A stretch of DNA of 63,909 nucleotides, from NCBI RefSeq assembly GCF_947038635.1, contig NZ_CAMQXC010000001.1:1-63909 (forward strand). Reading direction: 5' to 3'. The notes beneath the pieces were generated by a model. The model did not search any database. It was given only the letters and a program-made list of their open reading frames with translations, and was not told the DNA's origin. Positions within the stretch are counted from its first letter, which is position 1, and each line of letters begins with the position of its first letter. The stretch is from an uncultured Cetobacterium sp. GTDB taxonomy: Bacteria; Fusobacteriota; Fusobacteriia; Fusobacteriales; Fusobacteriaceae. A program made the translations under genes and the position numbers. Of this stretch, positions 18,894 to 29,084 are shown piece after piece.

Positions 18894-19157
18894 ATGGTAA
18901 GTAAAACAGTTGAAATTAAAAATGAAACAGGACTACATACAAGACCTGGTAACGAATTTGTAAGTTTAGCAAAAACATTTACATCTCAAATTGAATTAGA
19001 AAATGAAGAAGGAAAAAAAGTAAAAGGAACATCTTTACTAAAATTACTTTCTTTAGGAATTAAAAAAGGTGCAAAAATAACAGTTCATGCTGCAGGAGAA
19101 GATGAGAACGAAGCAGTTGAGAAGTTAGCTCACCTACTTGAAAATCTAAAGGACTAA
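18894..19157 (+). CDS. ptsH: Phosphocarrier protein HPr
   Basis: GLHTRP (His15); SLLKLLSLG; ATG at 18894. Confidence 0.96.
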   Translation: MVSKTVEIKNETGLHTRPGNEFVSLAKTFTSQIELENEEGKKVKGTSLLKLLSLGIKKGAKITVHAAGEDENEAVEKLAHLLENLKD

Positions 19158-19248
19158 TAAATAGGACGATAGTTTAAAGTGTGAGAAGGATGGGGGTGAC
19201 TCTGTCCTTTTTTTTGTCAAAAAATTAAAGTTTTGGGAGAGATAAAAT

Positions 19249-20991
19249 ATGAGAAAATTTGTAAAAGGTATAGACGCATCTCCAGGGGTAGCAGTAGGAA
19301 AAGTATTTTTATATAAAGAAGAGGAACTTTTCATAGATAAGAGTGAGTGCTCAAATATTGAGATTCAAAAAGAAAAGTTAATCGAAGGTAGAGAAAAAAC
19401 AAAAGAGCAATTATTAAAAATTAGAGAAAAGACAGCTAGACAACTAGGTGAAGATAAAGCGGCAATATTTGATGGACATATAACATTATTAGAAGATGAA
19501 GATCTATTTGATGAAGTAACAGAACTAATTGAAGATGAAAAAATAACAGCAGAAAATGCTTTAGAGCAAGGTATCAGCGGATATTGTGATATGTTAGCAA
19601 ACTTAGAAGATGAGTATTTAAGAGAAAGAGCAGCAGATTTAAGAGATATAGCTAAAAGATGGTTATACAACATTGTAGGAATAGATATTGTTGATTTATC
19701 TTCACTTCCTGCAAATTCAGTTGTAGTAGCAAGAGATTTAACTCCATCAGATACTGCTCAATTAGACTTAAAAAATGTTGTAGCATTTATAACTGATATT
19801 GGTGGAAAAACAGCTCACTCATCTATTATGGCTAGATCTTTAGAGATACCTGCAGTAGTTGGAACTGGAAACATAACTGAATTAGTAACTAATGAAGCTT
19901 CAATAATAGTTGATGCTTTAACTGGTGATGTTATAATTGAACCTACACAAGAGGATGTAGAGAAGTACTCAAAGAAAAGAGAAAAGTATTTAGAGGAAAA
20001 AGAGTTATTAAAGCAATTAAAGGATAAAACAGCTACATCGAAAGATGGAATAACAGTTGGAGCTTGGGCAAATATAGGATCTCCAAAAGATGTTGCAGGA
20101 GTTTTAAGAAATGGTGCTAATGGAATTGGTCTTTATAGAACAGAATTTTTATTCATGGCAAATGATAGATTCCCAACAGAGGATGAGCAATTTGAAGCTT
20201 ATAAAATTGTTGCTGAATCAATGAAAGATGAAAATGGAAAATCATATCCAGTAACAATTAGAACAATGGATATAGGTGGAGACAAATCATTACCGTATAT
20301 GGAGCTACCACATGAGGAAAATCCATTCTTAGGATGGAGAGCTTTAAGAATATGTCTAGATAGACCTGAAATCTTAAAAACACAGTTTAGAGCGCTTTTA
20401 AGAGCATCAGCATTTGGATATATTAAAATAATGTTACCTATGGTAATTTCAATAGAAGAGTGTAGAAGATCAAAAGCTTTATTAGAAGAGTGTAAAGCTG
20501 AATTAAGAGCTGAAGGAATAAAGTTTGATGAGGATATTCAATTAGGAATTATGATTGAAACTCCAGCTACAGCATTTAGAGCTAAATGGTTTGCGCAAGA
20601 GGTTGACTTCTTCTCAATAGGAACAAATGACTTAACTCAATATACACTAGCAGTAGATAGAGGAAACGAGAGAATATCTCATTTATATGATACATATAAC
20701 CCAGGAGTTTTAGCAGCTATTAAAGCGGCAATAGATGGAGCTCACGAAGGTGGAATCTCTATATCAATGTGTGGAGAGTTTGCAGGAGAAGCTAGAGCAA
20801 CAGCTTTATTATTTGGAATGGGATTAGATGCATTTTCAATGTCAGCTATTTCAGTTGCAAAAGTAAAGAAAAATGTAATGGCTATAGATAAAGCTTCAGC
20901 AGAGGCTTTAGTTGAAAGAGTAATGTCAATGAGTACAACAGAGGATGTATTAGCAGAAATAGATAAATATAACGAAGAACTATTAGGATAG
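19249..20991 (+). CDS. ptsI: PTS enzyme I
   Basis: GGKTAHSSIMAR, GIGLYRTEFLF, DFFSIGTNDLTQY, MCGE. Confidence 0.98.
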   Translation: MRKFVKGIDASPGVAVGKVFLYKEEELFIDKSECSNIEIQKEKLIEGREKTKEQLLKIREKTARQLGEDKAAIFDGHITLLEDEDLFDEVTELIEDEKITAENALEQGISGYCDMLANLEDEYLRERAADLRDIAKRWLYNIVGIDIVDLSSLPANSVVVARDLTPSDTAQLDLKNVVAFITDIGGKTAHSSIMARSLEIPAVVGTGNITELVTNEASIIVDALTGDVIIEPTQEDVEKYSKKREKYLEEKELLKQLKDKTATSKDGITVGAWANIGSPKDVAGVLRNGANGIGLYRTEFLFMANDRFPTEDEQFEAYKIVAESMKDENGKSYPVTIRTMDIGGDKSLPYMELPHEENPFLGWRALRICLDRPEILKTQFRALLRASAFGYIKIMLPMVISIEECRRSKALLEECKAELRAEGIKFDEDIQLGIMIETPATAFRAKWFAQEVDFFSIGTNDLTQYTLAVDRGNERISHLYDTYNPGVLAAIKAAIDGAHEGGISISMCGEFAGEARATALLFGMGLDAFSMSAISVAKVKKNVMAIDKASAEALVERVMSMSTTEDVLAEIDKYNEELLG

Positions 20992-20998
20992 TACTTTC

Positions 20999-21031
20999 AA
21001 AAAAAGGTGAAACTTTGTTTCACCTTTTTTT
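20999..21031 (+). terminator. Intrinsic terminator after ptsI
   Basis: AAAAAAGGTGAAAC / GTTTCACCTTTTTT hairpin. Confidence 0.8.
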
Positions 21032-21075
21032 ATTTTTAGAGTATACTATTGTAAAAAAGTAATAGGGAGGATGTT

Positions 21076-22125
21076 ATGGGATTAAAAGATTTTAAAATAA
21101 AAGTTTCTAGAGAAAATATTTTACATAACTACCACTATTTAAAAAAACTTAGAAATAAAGATATAATTGCAGTTGTAAAAGCTAATGCTTATGGGCATGG
21201 AATAGAAAATATAGTTAAATTTTTATCAGAAAATGATTGTAAATATTTTGCAGTAGCTAGAGAATGTGAAGCTGAAAAAATATTAAAATTAAAAATAGAA
21301 AATATAAATATTATTATTTTAGAAACAATAGATGAAATAGAAATTTTAAAAAATAATAAAAATGTTCATATGGTAATAAATAGTTTTAAAGATCTTTTAG
21401 ATCTTTTAGATAAAGGTGTTTCAACACAACAACTACATTTAAAATTAGATTTTGGATTTGGAAGAAATGGAATTTTAGAAAAAGATTTTTTTAAACTAAA
21501 AGAGTTGATAAAAGAAAAAAAATTAAAATTTAAGGGTCTTTGTACTCATGTTTTTGCTGCAGATTATGATGATATGGTTTTAATAGAAAAAAGATTTTCT
21601 CAAATATTAAAAGAATTAGGAAATGAAAGATTTGAAATTATTCATATGCAAAATAGTGCTGGAGTTATTTCGATAGAGGGTGAATTTTGTACTCATATAA
21701 GATGTGGAACTGTCTTATTTGGACTTCAAGAAATAGGATATTATGATCCATATATAAAAAGAGCTTTTAAATTAAATGGTAGAATATTAGATATAAAAGA
21801 TATAGATGATTTAAAATATATAGGGTATGAAAAAAAAGAAAATTTAAATATAGGAAAATATAGAAAAGTAGCAAAAATTCGTTTAGGTTATGGAGATGGC
21901 TTTTCCAAAAGAAGTGAAGGTATTATGTCTATAATCAATAATAAAAAGTTTAAAATAGTTCATATTAGTATGGATAGTTCATTTATTTTAGTAGATGATT
22001 CAGTAAAAGAAGGGGATAACATTGAGATATTTCATGATTTAGAGGAAAGCATAAATCATTTAAAAGTTCCTCATTATGAATTTTTATCTTGTATAAATGA
22101 CAGAATAAAAAGAGAATTAACATGA
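21076..22125 (+). CDS. alr: Alanine racemase family protein
   Basis: AVVKANAYGHG PLP-lysine motif, HLKLDFGFGRNG, GYGDG, ISMD. Confidence 0.85.
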   Translation: MGLKDFKIKVSRENILHNYHYLKKLRNKDIIAVVKANAYGHGIENIVKFLSENDCKYFAVARECEAEKILKLKIENINIIILETIDEIEILKNNKNVHMVINSFKDLLDLLDKGVSTQQLHLKLDFGFGRNGILEKDFFKLKELIKEKKLKFKGLCTHVFAADYDDMVLIEKRFSQILKELGNERFEIIHMQNSAGVISIEGEFCTHIRCGTVLFGLQEIGYYDPYIKRAFKLNGRILDIKDIDDLKYIGYEKKENLNIGKYRKVAKIRLGYGDGFSKRSEGIMSIINNKKFKIVHISMDSSFILVDDSVKEGDNIEIFHDLEESINHLKVPHYEFLSCINDRIKRELT

Positions 22126-22161
22126 CTATAAACAAAAATAAAATTTTATTTTAAAAAAATA

Positions 22162-22190
22162 TTGACATTTTTTTTCAAATAAGATATTAT
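22162..22190 (+). promoter_or_regulatory. sigma70 promoter for the SAM riboswitch-metNIQ transcript
   Basis: TTGACA-17 bp-TATTAT just upstream of the aptamer. Confidence 0.8.
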
Positions 22191-22196
22191 ACAGCA

Positions 22197-22283
22197 AACC
22201 ATCAAGAGAGACCGAGGGACTGGCCCGATGACGTTTCAGCAACCTACCATTATGGTGTGGTGCTAACTCCAGATAGATGGGAG
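22197..22283 (+). ncRNA. SAM-I (S-box) riboswitch aptamer
   Basis: ATCAAGAG...GAGGGACTGGCCCGATGA...CAGCAACC...GGTGCTAACTCC...AGATG; P1 = CCATC/GATGG; upstream of a Met transporter. Confidence 0.95.
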
Positions 22284-22304
22284 AAGTAGAAGTCTTGTTT
22301 ACTT

Positions 22305-22344
22305 ACTCTCATCTTAATTAGAAATTAAGATGGGAGTTTTTTTT
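22305..22344 (+). terminator. Riboswitch-controlled terminator
   Basis: ACTCTCATCTTAAT / ATTAAGATGGGAGT plus T-run; 5' arm is also complementary to AGATGGGAG (22275-83), giving an antiterminator. Confidence 0.88.
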
Positions 22345-22359
22345 ATACGGGAGGATAAA

Positions 22360-23367
22360 ATGATTACTTTAGAAAAAGTGAATAAAATTTATAATAATGA
22401 GTTTCATGCTGTAAAAGATGTTTCTTTAAAGATTGAAAAGAGTGAAATATTTGGAATTATTGGATTAAGTGGAGCTGGAAAATCATCTTTAATAAGATTA
22501 TTTAATGGGTTAGAACCATTGACAACAGGAAAAATAGAGATTGAAGGAGTAGATTTATCAAAGCTTTCAAAAAATGAACTTTTAAATAAAAGAAAAAAAA
22601 TTGGAATGATATTTCAACATTTTAATTTATTAAAATCTAGGACAGTTAAAGAAAATATAGCATTTCCCCTAGAAATTGATGGGTGGTCAAAAGTGGAAAT
22701 TGATGTAAGAGTTAAAGAACTTTTAAAGTTAGTGGAGCTTGAAGATAAAGAGGAGTTTTATCCAACTCAACTTTCAGGAGGGCAAAAACAAAGAGTTGCA
22801 ATAGCTAGAGCTCTAGCTAATAATCCAGACATTCTTTTATCAGATGAAGCAACATCTGCTTTAGACCCAAAAACTACAAAATCTATATTAAAATTAATTA
22901 AAGATATTCAGAAAAAAATGGGATTAACAGTTGTTTTAATAACTCACCAAATGGAAGTTATTAGAGAGATTTGTGATAGGGTAGCTGTTATGTCAAATGG
23001 TGAAGTTGTAGAAACTGGGAAAACATATGAAATATTTTTAAGTCCAAAAACAGAGATTACAAAGGAGTTAATATCATACGTTCCACCTCAAGAAAAAGAG
23101 GAGATTGATTACATAAAAAAATCTGGAAATAAAGTTATAAAATTAATGTTTTTAGGCTCAGTAGCAGGAGATCCGATTTTATCTAAAGCTGTAAAAAAAT
23201 TTAATATAGATATAAATGTCTTAGGTGGTGCAATTGATCTTTTGTCAACTATGCAGGTAGGACATTTAATGGTTGAATTAATAGGAGATATAGACAAACA
23301 AAACGAGGCGATAGCTTGGTTTCCAAGTTTAGATGTAGGAGTGGAGGTTATTTACGATGGTATTTAA
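22360..23367 (+). CDS. metN: Methionine ABC transporter ATPase
   Basis: [27 protein letters not shown]-terminal NIL domain; ATG at 22360 with GGAGG. Confidence 0.95.
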   Translation: MITLEKVNKIYNNEFHAVKDVSLKIEKSEIFGIIGLSGAGKSSLIRLFNGLEPLTTGKIEIEGVDLSKLSKNELLNKRKKIGMIFQHFNLLKSRTVKENIAFPLEIDGWSKVEIDVRVKELLKLVELEDKEEFYPTQLSGGQKQRVAIARALANNPDILLSDEATSALDPKTTKSILKLIKDIQKKMGLTVVLITHQMEVIREICDRVAVMSNGEVVETGKTYEIFLSPKTEITKELISYVPPQEKEEIDYIKKSGNKVIKLMFLGSVAGDPILSKAVKKFNIDINVLGGAIDLLSTMQVGHLMVELIGDIDKQNEAIAWFPSLDVGVEVIYDGI

Positions 23368-24007
23368 TATGTTAGTACAAGCGACGATAGAAACAATATA
23401 TATGGTTTTATTATCTGCTGTGGTTTCATTAGGAATAGGATTTCCCTGTGGAATTTTAGCAGCAATTACATCAGATGGACATATATTTGAAAATAAAGGA
23501 ATAAATAGAGTTTTGAATGGAATTATAAATATAACAAGATCTTTTCCTTATATAATTTTAATGATTTTATTATTGCCACTATCTAGATTTATAATAGGGA
23601 CAACAATAGGAAGTACAGCAGCAATAGTACCTCTTTCTATATCAGCCGCTCCCTTTGTAGCAAGAATAGTTGAAAATTGTGTTTTAGAAGTAGATAAGGG
23701 AGTTATAGAAGCAAGTGAAAGCCTAGGAGCTAATAATTTTACAATAATAACTAAAGTAATGATTCCAGAATCATTGCCATCACTAGTCCAAGGAGTTACA
23801 CTATTAATCATTAATTTAATAGGTTTATCTGCAATGGCTGGAGCTATTGGTGGTGGTGGACTTGGAGATTTAGCTATAAGATTTGGTTACAATAGATTTA
23901 AGTTAGATATAATGATTTATTCGGTTTTAATTATTATAGTTTTAGTTCAAGGAGTTCAATTAGTTGGAAATTTAATATCAAATAGATTGAAAAAAAATGG
24001 GAGGTAG
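23357..24007 (+). CDS. metI: Methionine ABC transporter permease
   Basis: [25 protein letters not shown]. Confidence 0.95.
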   Translation: MVFNMLVQATIETIYMVLLSAVVSLGIGFPCGILAAITSDGHIFENKGINRVLNGIINITRSFPYIILMILLLPLSRFIIGTTIGSTAAIVPLSISAAPFVARIVENCVLEVDKGVIEASESLGANNFTIITKVMIPESLPSLVQGVTLLIINLIGLSAMAGAIGGGGLGDLAIRFGYNRFKLDIMIYSVLIIIVLVQGVQLVGNLISNRLKKNGR

Positions 24008-24009
24008 TT

Positions 24010-24780
24010 ATGAAAAAATTAGTTTTAGTATTAGGTTTATTGGGTTCAGTTATAAGTTTTGGGGCAAAATTAAAAGTAGGAGCTTCTCCAGTTCCTCATG
24101 CACAGCTTTTACAATTGGTAAAAGATGATTTGAAAAATGAAAATGTAGAGTTAGAAATAATAGAATTAACAGATTATGTAACACCAAATTTATTATTGGA
24201 TTCAAAAGAATTGGACGCTAATTTTTTCCAACATAAGCCATATTTAGAAACTTTTGCTAAAGAGAAAAACTTAAAATTAGTATCAGCTGGTAATATTCAT
24301 GTGGAGCCATTAGGAGTTTATTCTAAAAAAATTAATAAAATAGAGAATATAAAAAAAGGTGGAGTAGTAGCGATACCAAATGATCCTACAAACGGTGGAA
24401 GAGCACTAATTCTTTTGCATAATAATGGTATTATAAAATTAAAAAATCCTCAAGATTTATTAGCTACAGAGTTTGATATTGTAGAAAATAAAAATAATTT
24501 AAAATTTAAGTCTTTAGATGCTGCTCAAATACCAAGAGCATTAGAAGATGTTGATTTAGCAGTGGTAAATGGTAATTATGCAATAGAAGCGGGATTAAAT
24601 CCTCTGACACAAGCTTTAATAATAGAAGGAAAAGAATCGCCTTATGCTAATTTAATAGCTGTGAGAGAGGGAGATGAGAATAAAGAGAATATTCAAAAAT
24701 TAGTAAAGGCTTTACAAAGTGAAAAAGTAAAAGTATTTATAGAAAATACTTATAAAGGTGGAGTAGTTCCAGCTTTTTAA
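24010..24780 (+). CDS. metQ: Methionine ABC transporter substrate-binding protein (MetQ/NlpA)
   Basis: GASPVPHA, DANFFQHKPYL, IPNDPTNGGRAL. Confidence 0.95.
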   Translation: MKKLVLVLGLLGSVISFGAKLKVGASPVPHAQLLQLVKDDLKNENVELEIIELTDYVTPNLLLDSKELDANFFQHKPYLETFAKEKNLKLVSAGNIHVEPLGVYSKKINKIENIKKGGVVAIPNDPTNGGRALILLHNNGIIKLKNPQDLLATEFDIVENKNNLKFKSLDAAQIPRALEDVDLAVVNGNYAIEAGLNPLTQALIIEGKESPYANLIAVREGDENKENIQKLVKALQSEKVKVFIENTYKGGVVPAF

Positions 24781-24790
24781 TAAAATAAAT

Positions 24791-24818
24791 AAAAAAGTGA
24801 GTTTGAACTCACTTTTTT
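24791..24818. terminator. Bidirectional terminator
   Basis: AAAAAAGTGAGTT / AACTCACTTTTTT between convergent genes. Confidence 0.75.
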
Positions 24819-25260
24819 ATTTTATATCCAGTTTACAAACTTTTTTACATTTGACTTTCTTTTTCGTACAGAAAATATCTTCTGAATTACAATTAGGACA
24901 AAAATCTAAATCTTTTTTTAGTGTTGGAATAAAAGTTTGACCACAAGAGTTACATATAAATTGACAATGAGGAGTTTTAAAATCTCCGCCTTTTAATTGA
25001 ATACCATATCCCATAATAAGAGCTTCGGTTATTTTAACTCTTGCTGAATTAAGTATATTTTGAAAAGTTTGTCTAGAAACTCCCATTTTTTCAGCACACT
25101 CTTCTTGAGATAAATTTTCTAAATCTTTAAGTCGAATTGCTTCTAATTCCTCAATTTTTATATTGTTAAAATGAATATTACAATTTTTACTTCCTTCAGG
25201 AATAAATTTTGTTTCATTTGGAATAAATTCTACACTTCTAACTTTAGTAGGTCTAGCCAT
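24817..25260 (-). CDS. DUF134 family HTH protein with C-terminal zinc ribbon
   Basis: MARP, EELEAIRLKD...QEECAEKMGVSRQTF...AR, CxxC...CPxC. Confidence 0.88.
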   Translation of the reverse strand: MARPTKVRSVEFIPNETKFIPEGSKNCNIHFNNIKIEELEAIRLKDLENLSQEECAEKMGVSRQTFQNILNSARVKITEALIMGYGIQLKGGDFKTPHCQFICNSCGQTFIPTLKKDLDFCPNCNSEDIFCTKKKVKCKKVCKLDIK

Positions 25261-25262
25261 AC

Positions 25263-25634
25263 TTATTTTCCACACTTACAGTTACAAGAATGTCCATGTC
25301 CATGATGATGTTCATGGTGATGCTCATGACTATTACATACTGCTTCTCCGTTAACTAATATATGTTTAAAGAATCCATCAGCTATATCGTCACAAAATCC
25401 TTCCAGGCCAGAAAAAACTTTAATATCAAGAGATTTTAAGTTATTTAAAGCTCCTTCACCAATTCCACCACAAGCTACAAATTCAACACCTAGTTCTTTT
25501 AATTGACTAGGAATAGCTCCGTGTCCATTACTTTTATGGTATTCTTTATTTGTACCATCATAAACAAAAAAACCTTCTGCTCTTCCAAAATGTTGACTAA
25601 TTTTGTTATTTTCAGAAACAACTGCAATTTTCAT
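25263..25634 (-). CDS. NifB/NifX-family metal-cluster binding protein with His/Cys-rich tail
   Basis: MKIAV...QHFGRA...CGGIG; C-terminal HEHHHEHHHGHGHSCNCKC. Confidence 0.85.
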   Translation of the reverse strand: MKIAVVSENNKISQHFGRAEGFFVYDGTNKEYHKSNGHGAIPSQLKELGVEFVACGGIGEGALNNLKSLDIKVFSGLEGFCDDIADGFFKHILVNGEAVCNSHEHHHEHHHGHGHSCNCKCGK

Positions 25635-25787
25635 AAAAACACCTCTTTTTTTAGTTATTGGCATATGCTATAATTAATATTAATTTTTTTTAGTAAAAAA
25701 GTCAAGAATTATTTTTTTAAAATTGACTGTTACGATTATTTTTGATAATATACATATATAAAAATGGTATAAATTAAAGGGAGTATA

Positions 25788-27545
25788 ATGAAAACTGATT
25801 TATTAGTAATAAAAGATGAGTTAAAAAAATATGCAAAAACAATATCAAAACTCTTTGCAATGGATGTTGGAATTTGTGATAAAAATCTTATAAGAATAAC
25901 AGGAAGTGGACCTCAAAAAATAGGTGAAAAAATAAGAGGAAGAGCTAATAAAAAAACATTAGAAACCAAAGAAACAACAGTTATTTTAAATCCTAGAGAG
26001 GATGAGATTTGTAGTGGTTGTTCAGAAAAAGATTGTTGTTTAGAAGTGCTAGAAATATCAACTCCAATAATGTATGAAGGAAAATTAATTGGCTTAATAA
26101 GTTTAGTTTCTTTTGATGAAGACCAAAAGAAAAGAATTTTAGAAAATTTAAAAAATTATTTAGATTTTGTTGAACAAATGGCAGAATTAATAAGTATAAG
26201 ATTTATTGAATATAATGAAAGTTTAGAAAAAACAGAAAGAGAAAATGTTCTTACAACGATATTAAATACAATTCAAAAGGGTGTTTTGAGATTTAATAGT
26301 GAAGGAATAATAACGAGTATTAATAATTTTGCTTTGAAAAAGATAGAATCAGATAGTAGAATTATTGGGAAAAAAATACAGTTAAATTCACAAAATGATT
26401 TTCTTATGGAAGAGGAGATATATAAATTAAAAGTTCAAGAAAAAGAGTTAACAGTTCTTGGAAAAATATTACCTTTTGAAGCTTTTGGAAAAAATGAAAA
26501 AATTTTTATTTTTGATGATATGAATAAGGTAAACGATGGAATTAGAGGACTTGTTGAAACCTCAAATAGTGTTTCACTAGAAAATATAATAGGTGATTCA
26601 GAGTTCACTAACCTATTGAGAGAAAGAATAAAACATGTTGCACCTTCAAAATCAACAGTGTTGATAACAGGAGAAAGTGGAACGGGAAAAGAGTTAGTAG
26701 CGAGAGCTTTGCACTATCATAGTTCGAGAAGAAATGCTCCTTTTGTTGTTATAAACTGTGCTGCAATTCCGGAATCTCTTTTAGAAAGTGAACTATTTGG
26801 TTATGTAAGAGGAGCATTTACAGGTGCTGATAAAAACGGACGTATGGGAAAATTTGAGTTAGCAAATGGAGGAGTCATATTTTTAGATGAAATTGGAGAT
26901 ATGCCTTTATATTTACAAGCTAAAATATTAAGAGTACTTCAAGAGAGAAAAGTAACAAGAGTAGGTTCAAATAGAGATATAGAATTAGATATTAGAATTA
27001 TTGCAGCAACAAATGTAGATTTAGAGAAGAAGATTCTTGAAAAAGAATTTAGAGAGGATCTTTATTATCGTTTAAAGGTTATTCCTTTTGAAATAGCACC
27101 TTTAAGAAATAGAAGAGAGGATATTTTACCAATAACAAAAAATCTTATAAAAAAATATAATAGAATAACTGAAAAATATATAAGTTTTATTGATATAGAA
27201 GTAGAAAAGTTATTTTTAAATTACTCTTGGCCAGGAAATATAAGAGAATTAGAAAATGTAGTAGAGTTTATGTTTAATCTTTCAGATAATAGTGATATTT
27301 TAAGTTTATCTACAGTTCCTGAAAAATTATTAGAAAATAGAAGAATAAATAGTGAAATAGTGGTAAATAAAAAAGAATTAAAAGATATCTCTTATATGGA
27401 AGATTTTCAAGTAGTAGAAAAAAATTATATTGAAAAAGCACTCAAAATTTTTGGAAGAGATACAGAAGGAAAGAAAAAAATAGCAGATAAAATGGGAATA
27501 GGATTAACAACTTTATATAGAAAAATACAGAAATATAATATTTGA
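25788..27545 (+). CDS. sigma54-dependent enhancer-binding activator (PrdR/CdsR/YgeV-like)
   Basis: [37 protein letters not shown]-terminal Fis HTH; N-terminal Cys-containing sensor region. Confidence 0.95.
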   Translation: MKTDLLVIKDELKKYAKTISKLFAMDVGICDKNLIRITGSGPQKIGEKIRGRANKKTLETKETTVILNPREDEICSGCSEKDCCLEVLEISTPIMYEGKLIGLISLVSFDEDQKKRILENLKNYLDFVEQMAELISIRFIEYNESLEKTERENVLTTILNTIQKGVLRFNSEGIITSINNFALKKIESDSRIIGKKIQLNSQNDFLMEEEIYKLKVQEKELTVLGKILPFEAFGKNEKIFIFDDMNKVNDGIRGLVETSNSVSLENIIGDSEFTNLLRERIKHVAPSKSTVLITGESGTGKELVARALHYHSSRRNAPFVVINCAAIPESLLESELFGYVRGAFTGADKNGRMGKFELANGGVIFLDEIGDMPLYLQAKILRVLQERKVTRVGSNRDIELDIRIIAATNVDLEKKILEKEFREDLYYRLKVIPFEIAPLRNRREDILPITKNLIKKYNRITEKYISFIDIEVEKLFLNYSWPGNIRELENVVEFMFNLSDNSDILSLSTVPEKLLENRRINSEIVVNKKELKDISYMEDFQVVEKNYIEKALKIFGRDTEGKKKIADKMGIGLTTLYRKIQKYNI

Positions 27546-27547
27546 TT

Positions 27548-27600
27548 TTTTCAAAATGAAAAAAATTATTTTCAAAATGAAAAAATTTTCAAAATGAAAA
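27548..27600. promoter_or_regulatory. Three palindromic upstream activator sequences TTTTCAAAATGAAAA
   Basis: Exact copies at 27548, 27569 and 27586, about 105-160 bp upstream of a -24/-12 element. Confidence 0.75.
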
Positions 27601-27705
27601 AAATAAAAATTAAATTTATATAAAAAATGTTAAATTATATTTAAATTTTATAGAAAATAATACAAAAAAAAATAAAAAGTTACAAAAATTCAAGAAAAAT
27701 ATCTA

Positions 27706-27722
27706 TTGGAATGAAAATTGCT
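27706..27722 (+). promoter_or_regulatory. sigma54 -24/-12 promoter
   Basis: TTGGAATGAAAATTGCT = GG-N10-GC, downstream of the activator gene and UAS. Confidence 0.82.
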
Positions 27723-27779
27723 TATTATATACTTGTATATTATAAAATAATTAGGTATTTAAAGGAGGAATTGAGAGTT

Positions 27780-29057
27780 ATGATAGATAAAATTTTAAGT
27801 ATTTTAAATGAAGAGATAGTTCCAGCAGAAGGATGTACAGAACCAATAGCTTTAGCATATATAGGAAGTAAATTAACATCAATATTAGGTGGAGTTCCAG
27901 AGAAGATTGATATTGCTTTATCAGGAAATTTAATAAAAAATGTTAAAAGTGTAAAAATACCAAACTCAGAAGGAATGGTAGGAATAGAAGCAGCTGTAGC
28001 TCTTGGAACAATTTTAGGAGATTCTAAAAAAGAGTTAATGGTTATATCAAATGTTGATAAATCAAGATTAAATGAAGTTAAGGAGTATTTAGATAATAAA
28101 AAAGTTGTAGCTACTAAAATAGAGGGAGATGTAAAGCTTCATATGAGAGCTACAGGAGTTTTAGGGCAAGATACAGTTACAATAGAAATTAAAGATTATC
28201 ATACAAATATTGTTAAGATAGAAAAAAATGGTGAAATAATAAAGGGAGTATCTTGTGATGAAGTTGTTACTGGAGATATGATGACAGACAAAAGTTTTTT
28301 AACTGTTGAATTAATTCATGACTTAGCTAAAACTATAGATTTAACTTTAATAGCTCCAATATTTGAAAAAGTTATAGCTTATAATTCAGCTATAGCAAAT
28401 GAAGGTTTAAAAAATGATTATGGAATAAGTATGGGTAAAAGTTTATACGAAGGTATGCAAGAGGGAGTTTACGGTAAAGATTTAAAAAATAAGATTGTAA
28501 GTTTTGCAAGTGCTGGAAGTGATGCAAGAATGAACGGATGTTCTATGCCAGTAATGACAACAAGTGGAAGTGGAAATCAAGGTATGTCAGCATCTTTACC
28601 AGTTATAAAGTACTGTGAAGAAAAAGGATTGACACATGAGCAGCTAATAAGAGGATTATTCTTCTCACACTTAACAACAATACATATAAAATCAAATGTT
28701 GGAAGATTATCAGCATACTGTGGAGTTGTTTGTGCTGGTGGAGGAGTAGCTGGTGCTTTAGCATTTTTAGATGGAATGCCTTTAGACAGAATAGATGCAG
28801 CAATTGAAACAACTTTAGCAACATTATCAGGAATGTTATGTGATGGAGCGAAGAGTTCTTGTGCAACAAAAATAGCAAGTTCAATTGGAATGGCATTTGA
28901 TTCATACTACTTATCTAAAAAGAAAAAGAATTTTGAATATGGAGAAGGAATAGTTGGTAAAGATGTTGAAGCAACTTTAGCCAATGTAAAAGTTCTAGCT
29001 CATGAAGGATTAAGACAAACAGATGAAGTTGTTTTAGAAATAATGTTAAATAACTAG
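27780..29057 (+). CDS. L-cysteine desulfidase (CyuA/YhaM/CdsB family, serine dehydratase alpha-like)
   Basis: PAEGCTEPIA, SDARMNGC, SGSGNQG, GRLSAYCG, GMLCDGAKSSCA; ATG at 27780 after AGGAGG. Confidence 0.88.
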   Translation: MIDKILSILNEEIVPAEGCTEPIALAYIGSKLTSILGGVPEKIDIALSGNLIKNVKSVKIPNSEGMVGIEAAVALGTILGDSKKELMVISNVDKSRLNEVKEYLDNKKVVATKIEGDVKLHMRATGVLGQDTVTIEIKDYHTNIVKIEKNGEIIKGVSCDEVVTGDMMTDKSFLTVELIHDLAKTIDLTLIAPIFEKVIAYNSAIANEGLKNDYGISMGKSLYEGMQEGVYGKDLKNKIVSFASAGSDARMNGCSMPVMTTSGSGNQGMSASLPVIKYCEEKGLTHEQLIRGLFFSHLTTIHIKSNVGRLSAYCGVVCAGGGVAGALAFLDGMPLDRIDAAIETTLATLSGMLCDGAKSSCATKIASSIGMAFDSYYLSKKKKNFEYGEGIVGKDVEATLANVKVLAHEGLRQTDEVVLEIMLNN

Positions 29058-29084
29058 TTTTAATATATGGTTTTAGGAGGAAAA

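Noticed and set aside
16055-18900. Integrated plasmid or mobile element
   Set aside because: No integrase, relaxase, transposase, partition genes or att-like flanking repeats. Both flanks are core housekeeping genes.
27711-27779. ORF-track N-terminal extensions (also 47335-47421, 22330-22359, 50931-50981)
   Set aside because: They overlap promoters, terminators or upstream genes; downstream starts have clear Shine-Dalgarno sequences.
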